Assembly: GCA_964252035.1 (NCBI GenBank)
Contig: OZ176201.1
Reading direction: 5' to 3' (one strand)
From: Podarcis erhardii
Taxonomy: Eukaryota
DNA: 64,000 nucleotides
Positions within the stretch are counted from its first letter, which is position 1. Each line of letters starts with the position of its first letter. Shown here in pieces: positions 36,476 through 49,186 of this stretch. The position numbers and the translations under genes are program-made. The notes under the pieces were generated by a model that saw nothing but the letters and a program-made list of their open reading frames with translations, was not told where the DNA came from and did no database searches.

Positions 36476-37277
36476 TTATTTGGATACCACAATCCCATGC
36501 TGATTCTCTGTAAAAATCGCTATTCTCAGGGTAAGAGTGTTAGGATTGAACCTTCAGAAATTCTCATTGTCTGATTTGGGCTAAATGACTTTTTGTAATG
36601 CTACTGTAGTTCTTTTCACAGTACTGTATCTGTTGTTGGATCATAAGAGATTAATTTACACTTGGCTCCTTGTCGGAAACAGTTTTATATAATGTTATGT
36701 CTTGCTCTGGCAAAAAAATGTTTCCCTGTATTGAAAATATTTATACCCATTTTCTTTTGTTTGTAATTACTGGTTTCTTCATCAGTACAATTTCCCCCTG
36801 CATCTGTTCTGGGTTCTTGTGTGTATAACTACTGTAAGTGCCACTCAGTGTGGTGCTTTGTCCTGCAACTGAAAAACCCTGTAAACAGAAAATAACTAAT
36901 TTGTGACTATTGTTATTGTATTAATCTAAGGAATTTGCTTAGCTCATCCAACAGACAGCGAGTAACCAATGTTTTCTGTCTTCTTATCTAGCAAGACAGA
37001 CTTGTTTATTGTAATCATGCCTTGAAATGCTAAAACCATTAAAGGCCATTAGTGTTGGTTCGTATTTTAGTAAATTAGTTCAATTGTAATCCTAGAGACA
37101 CTTAATCTGGAAAAAAGTCTCATTGAACTCTGCAAGACTTAATCATTTGCAGGAATTAATCGTTTTTTGCTTTTCTTAATTGGCACTATGAGGCAAATGT
37201 AGCTTGTATGGTGCTTAATCTCTTTGCATTATTAATTTTCCAGCTCAAACCCCATATTCTCTTTTATATTTTGGTAG

Positions 37278-37445
37278 TTATGGCTTCTGAGGAAGAAGAA
37301 GAGATGGTCACTGCAGAGATGGGGTCACCAGCCCTCCAGAAGAAAAGTTCTCTGGCTGGATCATTAGACCATATTCCTAACAGAATAGGAAGCTCACTGT
37401 CTCCTGAACCTTCTAGCAATAAGGCAGATTCCCAGGATTCCAAAA
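37278..37445 (+). CDS. WIZ: WIZ 168-nt exon (V)MASEEEEEMVTAEMGSPALQKKSS...DSK
   Basis: Acceptor tatattttggtag|tt, donor aaaa|gtgagt; phase 1-1. Resembles the recalled human segment SEENAMVAMDLGSPSLPKKS. Confidence 0.88.
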
Positions 37446-38834
37446 GTGAGTCTGTCCTCTGTTGAGGTTGCTGCTGAGCCTTGTCCATGGTGTATGTGAT
37501 GGTGACAGTCCCATTAGGTGACTTTAATGCAGATCTGAACCCGTTGCTTATCACTTGTTTTATAAAGTGGTGTCACTGCTTATAATTTACACTGTCTCTT
37601 GGTGAAATAATTTGAAAGGTTTCATGACTAACAAAAGTATTGTTCACATGAAAAATATAGCAAAAAGAATTCAGTGTGTTTCAAAAGTTTGCAATGTTTG
37701 TGTTAAATACTGAGAGTTTAATAAAATGTTTCTTTTTCAATATGTGGTGAATACAGTATACAGTATTTTCCATTTTTTTGGCTTTATGTGAAAGTACATT
37801 GTGAGGAACAGCAATGAGCTTACCAAATAGCTAATTAATGAACATATGCAAATATGATCTACCAACATTATGTACCATTATTGATTTGGGGGTTGGGGTA
37901 TTTATCCCATTGCTTGTTACAGTGTACAACCAAATAGCCATTTTGTGTGGTTTTTCTTCATTTTAAAGGAAATGTAGAATATATGCTGTGAGGGATCCTA
38001 ACTTTCTGAATTAATATTGTAATGCTTTTGAAACCAAGACGAGATAAATATTTCTGATTTCAGCTTTAAAATGATCACAAGTAGCCACTTGGTATAAATA
38101 CTATTTAAAGCATTTTTACCCTACTCTGTGGCTGAAAAGGCTCACAGCTTACAGTCTAAAAGACACAATACCAAAGGAAAAATGAATGAGGAAGGAAGAG
38201 GAAAATGAGGAAATTCAGGCATCAATTCTTAAGGTTACATTGTAGCTCTTATAATGACCAGCTGGGATGGAAACAATTCAGGGAGAAGAGAGGTCTGATA
38301 AAGCTCGTCTCTCAGCAGACAATCAAATGGCCCTCCTATATTTACCTCTGCTACAGTCTGATGGAATAGACTTCATTGTTTTTGACTGTATTTGGGTAGG
38401 AGAATCAGGCCGTGATACTTGAAATGTTACTGAAAATAAGAATTATAATGTTTTGTGAACAAGGAGACTAAAGGGGGTATTTATAGTGTGGCTTTCACCG
38501 ACTTAGCATAAGGCGCATGTCACCAATTTTGTGTGAGAACACGGGTCAAAGTGATGGTTGCAGGGCGGACTAGTAGTTGTGATGCTGATTTTTGCAGAAG
38601 GAATTTGACCATGCAGCACCATTTTTTACTAAAGCTTAGTGAAGTCATCTGTTGCAAAATAAAGAGCCAGTCTATTTAGCGAGTCCAATGCTAAACTGAT
38701 GATACCTGGCTTGTTTATGGAGCCGGGTCCAAATCAAGATAACGTGGTGTGCGCTTGTGCTCTACTGACTGGTAGCAAAGGCAGTGTGGGGTTCAGCTTA
38801 ACCTTGTCTCAATAAGTCACTCTCCTCTTTCCAG

Positions 38835-39341
38835 CACCAAACCTCACAACATGTGAGGTCTGTGGCGTCTGCTTCGAGACCCGCAAGGGCCTGTCCAGCC
38901 ATGCCCGTTCTCACTTACGTCAGCTCGGTGTGGCTGAGTCTGAGAGCAGTGGAGCCCCCATCGACTTACTCTATGAACTGATGAAGCAGAAGGGCAAAGT
39001 GGACAGTGGCCCCATCTCTCCAAGTCTTAGCAAAAAATCTGCTTCTCACAAAGAAGGGACTGCAGGGTCCTCACAGCCGACACTGCTGCCTCCCAACAAA
39101 GCTACGGAACGGCCACAAGAGGCACCTATAAACAAAGCAATCAAATGCCCTCCAGGTTTCACCCCCAAGAATGTTGCCCAGCCAGGATCTCCCATACTCA
39201 AGAAAGTGACACCTGCTCTGCCTGGTTCTCCTCTGCCAAAGACCCCCGAAGACAAAAGCCCCAAGCTACCGCTGAGCCCTCTGCAGAGTTCTCCTAAAGC
39301 ACAGTGGTCACAACCGGAGGAAGAAGGCCCCTTAAATCTAA
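38835..39341 (+). CDS. WIZ: WIZ exon with finger 7 (CEVCGVCFETRKGLSSHARSH), ending GPLNL
   Basis: Acceptor ctcctctttccag|ca, donor ctaa|gtgagt; 507 nt, phase 1-1. Confidence 0.97.
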
Positions 39342-42052
39342 GTGAGTCTGTTTGATGCTGATGCTGCTTGTGAACAGGAGAGCTGGCTTGCAGTTTGCTG
39401 CTGCAGGGAGCTCTTGTGTTTCACATTACCTTGTAGCGTGAACCAGTGTAGGGCTGCCCACCCCAAGGCGTATTTTACACCTATTGGCTCTGCACAGGCT
39501 GCTTGCTTCATTCGCACATACGGTATATTGCATACACCACAATAAAGGAAGGGCATAAAGGACTTATTGCATAAGTTTGATCTCCTGCAAAAGTGTCCCT
39601 TCCTATTTCTAGAACAACTGATGAACTTTCACTGTGATCCTTTAGTGTCGTCCCGAAGGGTTTCTTCCCTTCTCTGAGCTGGGTGAGCAGGAGTTTTTAA
39701 AAATTATTATTCCTAGGCACCTTTTTAGTAAATCTCTTTTCCCAAAAGTGGAAGTTTCCTCAACTGGCTCTTCCCCAAAACCCATCTCCAAGAGGGTCAG
39801 TCATATTTATTTTATTCATTGGATGGGCCACAAAGCCTTCCCATGTGTCTTTTTGATTTGTGCCTGGAGATTTTTAAAGTCACTAGTGAAAGTAGGGATG
39901 TTTATCTCTTGAAGGGAGAACTATAGAGACTATATGTTTCTTTCCAAAGCCCTGAGCGAAACTCTTATCAGAAGAAAAGACTGAGAGACCCTCTGAGATC
40001 TTCTGCATAGCTGTTCATTTAAAACCAAAATTCTTAGCAATCTTTCAGAATAAAGAGTGAGGAATTTAGTGCTCTCGGTACCTAATTAAAAGCAATTTCT
40101 GCTGCATCTGAGCCATTGCTTCCCCTGTTGTACATTATCTGTTCGCCCTTCTTCTCAGGGCCTATAGTAAGGCTTGTGGACTTGCAGCTGATGTTGGAGT
40201 TTGGAGACTAACATAATCTGTGCTTCTTTTGGGCTATAATATTCAACAGTGTTTTCTATTAAAGCTGGCAGAAATGGCACAAGCCACCCAGTATCCCTGC
40301 TTCAGTCTTGTACAGTGTTCTCTTGCATTGGAGGGAAATAATAGAAAATCAGCATTGCTTCTGCCATTTCAGTCCTTTTTAAAAGCCGTTTTGCAGATGT
40401 TGCTGGCGAAGGAGTAGTGAGTTCTCACTTGGTGTGATGAGGCAGAGGTAAGGAGAATCGTAAAGAGAGGGGAATTTTCTGGTGCGCTTGGCTCAAGGTA
40501 CCAAGGCCAGTCCTATCTGGGGGTGGGGAAAGCTAACAGTGCACAAGGTGTGGTATCTTCTATTGATCCAGCAGCAACAAAGTCTGCAGCATCAGTTGTA
40601 AGGAAGTGTTGGATGACATCCTGACCAGTCCACCCCACAACTGAGTTCCTGCTTCTTTCATCAGGGAACCTTCAAATTTAAAAGCCCCCTTTCCAAGTCC
40701 CGTTTGCCTTCTTCTCTAACTGCATTGCCATGGGCCGCAGATTCTTAACATAATATTGTGGTGTCAGCTGAGCACTGGAGTCCTTAGATATGTTGTGATT
40801 CTTCCTCAAGCATACAATTGAAAAACAGTTGCTGAGAAAGTCAACACCATTTATACAGCTGCTTCCCATTCCCATTTTGAAGTGTAATCCATTCCTAAAC
40901 ATAACTCTTTGCCCCAGGCATTGATATTTTACCTGCACTTCATATTTTTGAAATTGCTGCGAGAACCTTTGCTTTTATTGTTCTTTGCTTTTATTTTATT
41001 TTTTGCTTTTAGGCTCTGCCTTGGCTGATAAGATTTTGAACTGTTTCATCCGGTCAGTTGTATATGAAAGTGGAGGTTTATAACCAACAAACTTTGCAAT
41101 TTTCTAGATAGCTTACATGACTTCTTAGAACATTCCTGGGAATTTGCATTTACTTGTGACGGAAAATGGCATAAATCAGCATGAACTAAAATAAACTCTT
41201 AAAGTGGCAGTTCTGCCCTCATTGAGTAATAACAGCTGTCAGTTCTGGGTTCAACCCATTTCTTCCTAATGGCTTATACCACATGCTGCTGGACTATGTA
41301 AGAGTCATAGCACTGAAAACATCACTGCTGTCCATCTTTATTTTGAAATCAAACCCAAAGCTCAATAGCGGATCAAAGAAGCCTCATGGACCTTACAGGC
41401 ATGAGAAACAATTACAGTTTGGAAAGTGTTGTATTTTACATTGTGCCATTGTTGGGGGTGACCATTTACATTAAGATTCTTCAGTCTGAAGGATTGAAAT
41501 GCTAGGCAAAAATGCAAATACTTTGGACCACTTAAATTGACGGTTTAATTTTTTAAGTCACTCTTTCTGTTTGCTACATTGCTTTTCCAGCATGAACCCA
41601 GCTGGCAGCCTGAAGCGTTGCTCAGTGTGGGACTAGGGCTGTCTGACACTCTGCAGTTTTTGACATTGCTGTTTTCAAAAGTTACTGGTGTCTGAAATGC
41701 CTGATGGTTTAAGCTGAGATGGAAAAGGCTTGAGCATCATGTTTTCAGGAAAGGGAGTGTTTGAAAACTTGACCTGGGCCACTAAAAGGAAATCTGGTTA
41801 AATGCAAGTCTTCTGAGAGAATTTCTGCTTAACTCTTAAGCCAGCATCAGTGGGTACAGGTGAATAACTTGCCTTTCCTTTAGGGCTGCTTGCTAAATCC
41901 TACTAGGAAACCACTTTACCATTTCTGGAGTGAGAAATGGGACCTTTAGAACAAAAAAAGGAATAAGGTCCTTTTCAGGTTGTAGCAGGTACTTGAGACA
42001 CATCAGTTGTGTGATCGTATCTATTGTGATCAATGTGTTCTTTTTTCCGCAG

Positions 42053-42535
42053 CTGTAGATAGTGACTCGGGCAGAGAAATTGACTGCCAGTTATGTGGTG
42101 CCTGGTTTGAAACCAGAAAAGGGCTGTCGAGTCACGCTAGAGCCCACCTGAGACACCTGGGAGTGAGCGATCCAGATGCTAAAGGATCTCCTATTGATGT
42201 TTTAAATGATCTCATCAAAAGCGAAGACTTCAAAGGCCGCCCTCCCTCTCTCCTCCATAGCGAGAGAGAAACATTAGGGGAGACTGGGAGCTCTGATGGA
42301 CCCAGCCCAAAGAGCACAGCTACAGCAGCGCCTGCCACAGGCATGAAACAAGCACACGCACCAAGGCCTTTGGGCAAACAGCCATCTGTACTCTCACCTC
42401 ACTCCCCTCCACCATCCAAGAAGTTGAAGCCACATGGCCACAGGCTCTCAGCTGCGGCCAGCCTGCAAAGGAAACAGGGTCTTTCTTCCAGTGCGTACTG
42501 GGCAGCAGATGCTGAGATGGCTCCACTCAATCTCT
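42053..42535 (+). CDS. WIZ: WIZ exon with finger 8 (CQLCGAWFETRKGLSSHARAH), ending APLNL
   Basis: Acceptor ttttttccgcag|ct, donor ctct|gtaggt; 483 nt, phase 1-1. Confidence 0.95.
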
Positions 42536-44081
42536 GTAGGTTCTATCAGCACTGGCTCCTGTCCCCACCTCTTCCTCTCCCCCTTCCTAGTCTTGTTTAT
42601 GTGACATGGAGCTGTACGCTTAGAAATCCAGGCCCCTTGCCATTTCCTGCCACCATGTCCAATAAGCAGCAAAGGGTTGGGGAAGCAAGCATTTTGGCCC
42701 ACATGCTTTTCTTGCAAAGCTTTTTCTGAAATGTATAATGCAGCTTTCCCAGCTGGCGTGTGCGTGTGCTGAAGTTAACTCTTCCCTGTCCGGGTATTTT
42801 CTCCACGGTTATATCTTGCTCCAAATGGATGGCATCTCCCTGTCCCAGATAGGAGAAGGCTATATGGTTGCTCTTCAGTTAAGAGTATCACAAGACAAGT
42901 GTGGATTCAATCTGATCTGCTGAAGATGGAAGGGGAATTAATTAAGCAGTTTGAAGGGAAGAGTGTGCAATCTTACATAGCCTGAGCCCTTTGGTGGCCA
43001 TTGGTTTGAAATTGACTGCTGCATTTTTTACAGCACTCATTGGCTTTGTTTAGTGTCAGCAAAATGCTCAGTACTGATGTGTTTCTCCATGGCATTTAAT
43101 GTCTTAGCAGTTACAGAGCAAGGAAGAAGATTGCTTCTGCCATTTCCAATTTTACCAGGGCTTTAAAGTGGCACTGCGACCCATTTCAGAGATGGAGGTG
43201 ACAACTGCCTCCAGGTGGTGGGATTCCAGCTATTTCCCTCCCTCAGTGCAGGGAGAGTAGATGAGACCAGTCAAAGTGTGATCTGCATACTGCTGGCTTT
43301 AAAGCTGTTAAATAGCCATGGGCACCCCATATTGAATGGTGTGTTTCACCCCTTTGCACTAGCTGTCCTGCATTACCTAAAGGAGGCTGCATGGCTCAAG
43401 CTTACGGTGGCAAATACAGAGCACTTGGTGGTTCTTCCCCTGACACACATTGGGAAATGAGTCTTCTCTGAACTTCCTGACAGGGAGAATTAAGGCATTG
43501 AATTCTGGGACGGGAAAAGGTATTCAGCATTTCTCATTGTGGGATTTCCTATTCAGCTGTACAGCAAATGTACTTTCATCCTGACGGGTGGCCCTTCGTT
43601 TTGAAGGAGACAGTTGGGATCATGGAGAAGAAACTGGCCTTCATGCCCGATTCCTTGCACGCACATGATCATCTTCCCTTGAAAGCTTGATCAGGGTGTG
43701 AAGGAAAGCACACAGCTTCTGGTATACCTCCTTGCTAATCTCATGACATAGGACTAGCCATTCTCAGCATTTTTTATAATTTGGCAGCACCTGCTCTTCA
43801 CTGTCTCCTGTCATGTATCCAGTGTCCCCTGCTCTGACCACATCCTACCCCAGCTTTCATGCTTCACAGGAATTGTTGGTGGTTTATTTTTTTTATTTTC
43901 CTTTGGCCAATCTTGTTAAGGTATCAGCTTTGTCTTGTGTGAAATCCTTGTGCTATGTGCCTGCTTCATACTGCCTTGTAAGGGAATAACCTAGTTGGTG
44001 TCCACGTCACATCCTGCTCCCTGCCCAATCCCTTTTTCAGCCTCTGTAATGGCCTGTCTCTCCTCTCCTCTTTCTCCTCAG

Positions 44082-44609
44082 CCTCTGGAGCAGAACCTGT
44101 GCGGGATATCAGGTGTGAGTTCTGCGGTGAATATTTTGAGAACCGGAAAGGGCTCTCCAGCCATGCCAGGTCGCACCTCCGCCAGATGGGGGTAACTGAG
44201 TGGTATGTGAATGGCTCTCCCATCGACACCCTCCGAGAAATCCTAAAAAGGCGAGCTCAGCCTCGGACCAGTACCTCCAACTCCTCAGCACAGGGTCAGA
44301 AATCACTTGCTCTGTCTGTTCTTGGAGGCTCCCTGGAGTCACGCGGTCCAGGGGAGAGCCATGTGCCTCCCATGCCTAAGAAGGCACAGCAGCCAGGGAG
44401 CCCTTTGGGGCACTCTCCTACCTCTTCTCCCCCAACTGCTAGAAAAATCTTCCCTGGGCTTTCTTCTCCCTCTTTGCACAAGAAACTGAAACAAGATCAG
44501 CTGCGTATGGAAATCAAGCGGGAAATGATGTCTGGGGGACTTCATAATGATTCACATCTATCTGATAGAGCTTGGTCACCACGAGAGGAGATGTCCCCAC
44601 TCAATCTCT
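44082..44609 (+). CDS. WIZ: WIZ exon with finger 9 (CEFCGEYFENRKGLSSHARSH), ending SPLNL
   Basis: Acceptor tttctcctcag|cc, donor ctct|gtaagt; 528 nt, phase 1-1. Confidence 0.97.
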
Positions 44610-45189
44610 GTAAGTGTTAGCAACAGGGGCTGTATGCTTAAGCCTTTGGTGATGGGCAAAAATGCATGTTGGAATGGGTGTGAAAGTGAAGAATTGGGAA
44701 TTAGGGCTACGTGATATTTTTTTCTCAGTAAACAGGGTGCTGCTGCCTAGTAATCAAGATCTCAGGTAGCATCAGCTTTATGCTCATGCATTCCTGCAAA
44801 TGTGACCATGTTGTATGGGTTCCTTGTAAGATTGCAATTAGCGATTGGTGCCTTAGTACAATGAGAAACTTTCTGTGTTTCCCGATTGGCAAAATAAATG
44901 CAAATATTCAGATACTCCTGTCTCCAAATGTGCAGTCACTCTAGACCTAACAGAGTGTTGAGAAGCATGCTAGCTTCAGGCGTGGAGGACCCAGACCTGG
45001 AACCTGTTGAGCCTTTAAATTAAATGGGTGCCTTATCAGATATAAGTGAGATAAGTAGTTCATTTTGTGTGTGTTTTGAAAAGCACTGCAGAAATAAATA
45101 AGAAGGTTGTGAGAGGTGCATGACTGGTTGCTAATTACTTGCCTTTGAGTGTAAAGCATTCTCTGTGCATGTTGATTTGTCTTCTGCAG

Positions 45190-45699
45190 CCTCTCGTGCT
45201 GACCCCGTGCGGGATATTCGGTGTGAGTTTTGTGGTGAGTTTTTTGAGAACCGGAAGGGGCTCTCCAGCCATGCCAGATCTCACTTGCGCCAGATGGGAG
45301 TAACTGAGTGGTCAGTCAATGGCTCCCCCATCGACACGCTACGAGAAATCATAAAGAAAAAGAACAAGCCGTGCTTGATAAAGAAAGAGCCAAACACAAT
45401 GAGCATTGAGCTTCCACAGCCCATGGGGGAGGATGGAGCTGATCCTAAATCCCCTGGGAAAATGCTGCAGCCCATGGCCTTGTCCCCGCTGGGCGGGAGG
45501 ACTGGGAAACCACACCTTGGTCGGGAGGTTAGTCTGTCACCACTCAAGTCACCAGAGGGCTTCTTGGCACCACTCTCCACTAAGCGCCCGCTGCCAGATG
45601 AGCGGCTGAGCGGCCACAGTGAAGTGAAGCAGAAAACCTACATCCAGACGGAATTGCCATTCAAAGCCAAGCATGTGCATGACAAGCCCACTCATACAT
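45190..45699 (+). CDS. WIZ: WIZ exon with finger 10 (CEFCGEFFENRKGLSSHARSH)
   Basis: Acceptor gtcttctgcag|cc, donor acat|gtaagt; 510 nt, phase 1-1; contains KTYIQTELPFKAK. Confidence 0.97.
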
Positions 45700-46387
45700 G
45701 TAAGTGCAACCCCAGAATGGGGGAAAGGATAAGGTTGGGATCCTGATAAACCTTGGTATTCTATTTCAGGGCCTTCCCTTATGAAATTGAGTTGCTTTCA
45801 GGCTTGCTGGGGGTGGGAGGGTAGATGCAACAGTGTACATATGGACTTCATATAAAAGGTATTCCACTACAGCCTTTAGAAAAACCTTTTGATGCAAGGC
45901 ACTGTCCTGATAGGTAGGGGTTTTTTTAACATGTAGTGGGCTTAGAGTTAGCCAACAACCCTGGTGTAGTACGTTGCCTCTTCTCCTTCCCTGGTATCAG
46001 CTAGCCTTTATGCATCCTCTGGCTGGTAGAGAGTTATTTCATTATCTTTGGGGATTCAGACATTGGGCAAATCAGTAAATGGTGTAAGCTTCCATGTCTT
46101 CAGCCGTATGGCCAAAGTGGGCAAAGGTATGCATCTTGCCTACTTATGGGCAAAGGATTCTAGGGTTTGGTTTACTTGACTTGTGGGCTACAGGTGATGG
46201 CAGTGCTTAGAAGTTTCAAAGTGGGCTTTTCAGGCTGTTGGTATCGATCCCTGAGGATCCTTTGTGGGGAAATAAGAGTAGTGCCATGGAGCAAATAAGT
46301 CCTGGTGCTCCACACTTGAACTGTTACTGCTTAAGTCCTTTACTGAAGGTTTTGCTCAGTCTAGCTCCCTGCCATTTCTGCTCCCAG

Positions 46388-46843
46388 CCACCGAAGCCTG
46401 CTGTGAACTGTGTGGCCTCTACTTTGAGAACCGCAAGGCGCTGGCCAGCCATGCTCGTGCGCACCTCAGGCAGTTTGGAGTGACTGAATGGTGTGTGAAC
46501 GGCTCCCCAATCGAGACTTTGAGTGAGTGGATCAAGCATCGTCCCCAGAAAGCCGGAGCCTATCGCAGCTACATCCAAGGTGGGCGGCCCTTCACCAAAA
46601 AGTTCCGCAATGCATCTCACGTGCGTGACAACGATTCTTCTGGGAAGAGGGCTCCTCTGAGCCTGCAGGCAGGCAGCCCTCCACTGGCAAACAGAAGCCT
46701 CGGTGGGGAGATAGTGCCCAGTGAGCCTAACAAAGCTGTGGATGGTGGCAGTGGCAGTGGCGGCAATGGTGGTGATCGACCTGCAGTCACGTCACCTCTG
46801 TCGCTGGTAAAGATGGAGGAGCATCAGCAGCATAACATAAACA
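46388..46843 (+). CDS. WIZ: WIZ exon with finger 11 (CELCGLYFENRKALASHARAH)
   Basis: Acceptor ttctgctcccag|cc, donor aaca|gtgagt; 456 nt, phase 1-1. Confidence 0.97.
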
Positions 46844-47303
46844 GTGAGTTATTTCTCTCAGATTTTCAACACACGGCCCATCTGGGTACAAGGCTTTCTG
46901 GGCAGTTGGGAGGCCTTCTTGAGGCGGCGGCTGTATCTTCCTGGGGGGGGGGGGTAGGAGTGATGGCAGTGAATGTTCAGGCACCAATCTAATTTCTCAG
47001 TGTTCCCAAATTATTCATTGGCCCCAATGCTTTGGGTAGCTTCAGCTAAGGGCCTAAGAGAAATTCCTCAACAGACTGGCATGTAAAGATCTTAGTCATG
47101 GGGAGATGCTCAGCATGACAATGATATTCCTGTAGCTTCCCCACTCTCCTGCATGACTTCTAGACTTTTTCCTGCCCCACCTTTCTTTTCTTCATAAAAA
47201 TGTTTTCACAAAGTTCCTTTTTCATTCTAAATACATCACAGCCAATGCTGTTTGCTATATCCCAGCATCCTTTCCGAAACAAATTTCCCCCCCTGTTCAC
47301 TAG

Positions 47304-47496
47304 AGTTTGAACGGAGGCAGGCCAAGCCCGTTGAGGCTCCTCCACCTCGAGAAGAGGAGATGGCTGATCTGCAGCAGAAGGTTGAAGAGGTCCGCCAGCC
47401 ACCTCCCAGAGTGAGACCTGTGCCCTCCTTGGTTCCTAAGCCACCACAGACCTCCTTGGTGAAGTTTGTGGGCAACATCTACACGCTGAAGTGCAG
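47304..47496 (+). CDS. WIZ: WIZ penultimate exon (K)FERRQ...NIYTLKC(R)
   Basis: Acceptor cctgttcactag|ag, donor gcag|gtttgt; 193 nt, phase 1-2. Confidence 0.96.
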
Positions 47497-47764
47497 GTTT
47501 GTGCCATGGTTCCATTTTGCTAATCCCCTTTTCTGCAGTGAAATTTGAATGGCTTTATAGTGTGGGCAGTTTGCTCTTAAACCTATTATAGGCAACAATC
47601 TTCTTGTACCAGGCCTCTTGGAGGCAGGGCAAGAGATGGGCAGGCAACCTCAATTCCCACACACCCCTTTCCCACATTCTACTTTTAGAGGGTTTCCCTA
47701 TGCGCTTTGAGATGGGCAAATCTTCAGCTTGGTTCAAATAGACTTTTGTGTTCTCTTTGTGCAG

Positions 47765-47921
47765 GTTCTGCGAAGTGGAGTTCCAGGGGCCCCTCTCCAT
47801 CCAAGAGGAGTGGGTGCGGCATCTCCAACGCCACATCTTGGAGACTAACTTCTCCAAGGCCGATGCTTTGCGAAGTGGGACCGATGTGCCTGCGGCACCA
47901 CCTGTAGCCGAGGCCCAGTAG
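47765..47921 (+). CDS. WIZ: WIZ last coding exon [23 protein letters not shown]...AEAQ-stop
   Basis: Acceptor ctctttgtgcag|g; TAG at 47919-47921. Confidence 0.96.
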
Positions 47922-49180
47922 CAAAGCTCTTAGGAAGCACCAGCATTCCAGGGTTTCTCTCTTACCTTTCCAAATGAACAAGATTAATGGTTATCAGAAT
48001 GGGGGTGAAAGCAGTATTTGACACACACCCTCCCCCCCCCCCCCCCGTGCTCCACAGCTTTGCCCACCTGTAGACTTAACTTGGATTTTGGGTGGGGCGG
48101 AGAGTTCGCAGGAACAGTCCCAGAGTTTGAGCACTAAATTAACGATGCTGTTTTTAATGGCGATGCTCCTTCTTGATGGAAGTGGTATTCCAAACTGGAG
48201 CTCGCTTTTATCTGCACAAAAGTAAAACGGAAATTTCCTTGTCCTTCCAGTGAATGCAGGTTTCTCCAAAGACACACACTTGTTACAGGGAGGAAACATG
48301 GACTTGCTCTGTTGCAGTTCAGGCTGTGAGAGATGTGATGGTGAGAATTGTGAATATGAGGTTCTAGTGAAAGTTGTGAACATGAGGATTTGTTTGAGGT
48401 CAGACACAAGCAAGTTGGGAGGGTAGACACAGAGCACTTTGTTCTGTGGGGAAAGCTGTTGATTCTGTATGTGACTCTAGAGTTAATGTATGTTTGACTC
48501 CTTAGGTGACAAGTCTTTAGTTTCTGTAGACGTTGGATCCTGTTGTGCATGTTCACGTTCCCTAACTGTGTAACGGAGGGCCTCAGTCCCACCTGCATTG
48601 AAGGGGAAATCATGGACTCTTTGACCCATATACATTTCCCCTTTCCATAACTTCCCAATGTCACCTGGTTATCCCCATCTGTTTCATGTGGGACCCTGTA
48701 GGGAATTCAGCTCTGCCACTTTATGGTAATGAGATTTTGGCAAAGGAATATGGATTTTTCCTGTCTTGAGTCTTGGGCTGAAGAAAGGGTAATGATGTCC
48801 CATAGATAACCTCTGCCTGAAATCAGGGATGACATGTCCTTCTGGACAAGCAAGTCCTTTCCAAGGGTACCTGAAGAGTTTGGACTTCTTGCGGGTGGAG
48901 GGCCTCTATGTTTCTCCTTTTTAGCAAGAACTTGGTGCAGTTCCCAAACCAGCAACAGTAGGTCCTACTGGAATTTCTGCTTTCCTGTTATTTCTCACTG
49001 TTGCTGTCCTCGTCTCTCTTCATAGAACCTCAACTTTTTAAACTCTAGTTTTGTGTAGAAATAACAAGCATTCATTTTTATTTGGATCCCAGGCTGAGCA
49101 GAGTCTGGAGGCAAATTACCTTTTAACTTTTTCAATGGGCATATTCTGGTTATTACTGTACCTAGAAATATGTATATTAG

Positions 49181-49186
49181 ATTAAA
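49181..49186 (+). terminator. Candidate WIZ polyadenylation signal (ATTAAA)
   Basis: ATTAAA about 1.26 kb after the stop codon, followed by a GT/T-rich tract (gagtgtgtgcttttctggttgtct). AATAAA sites near 51.5 kb are alternatives. Confidence 0.35.

Larger units (their letters stand above)
1513..49186 (+). other. WIZ: WIZ gene span (widely interspaced zinc finger protein; G9a/GLP and CtBP partner); the non-coding first exon of the long form probably lies upstream of the window
   Basis: Twelve GT-AG coding exons splice in frame (379+61+2546+366+168+507+483+528+510+456+193+157 = 6354 nt). Peptides such as EERKCPYCPDRFHNGIGLANHVRGHLNRVGVSYNVRHFISAEEVKAIE and [42 protein letters not shown] match recalled human WIZ almost exactly. 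Confidence 0.97.
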
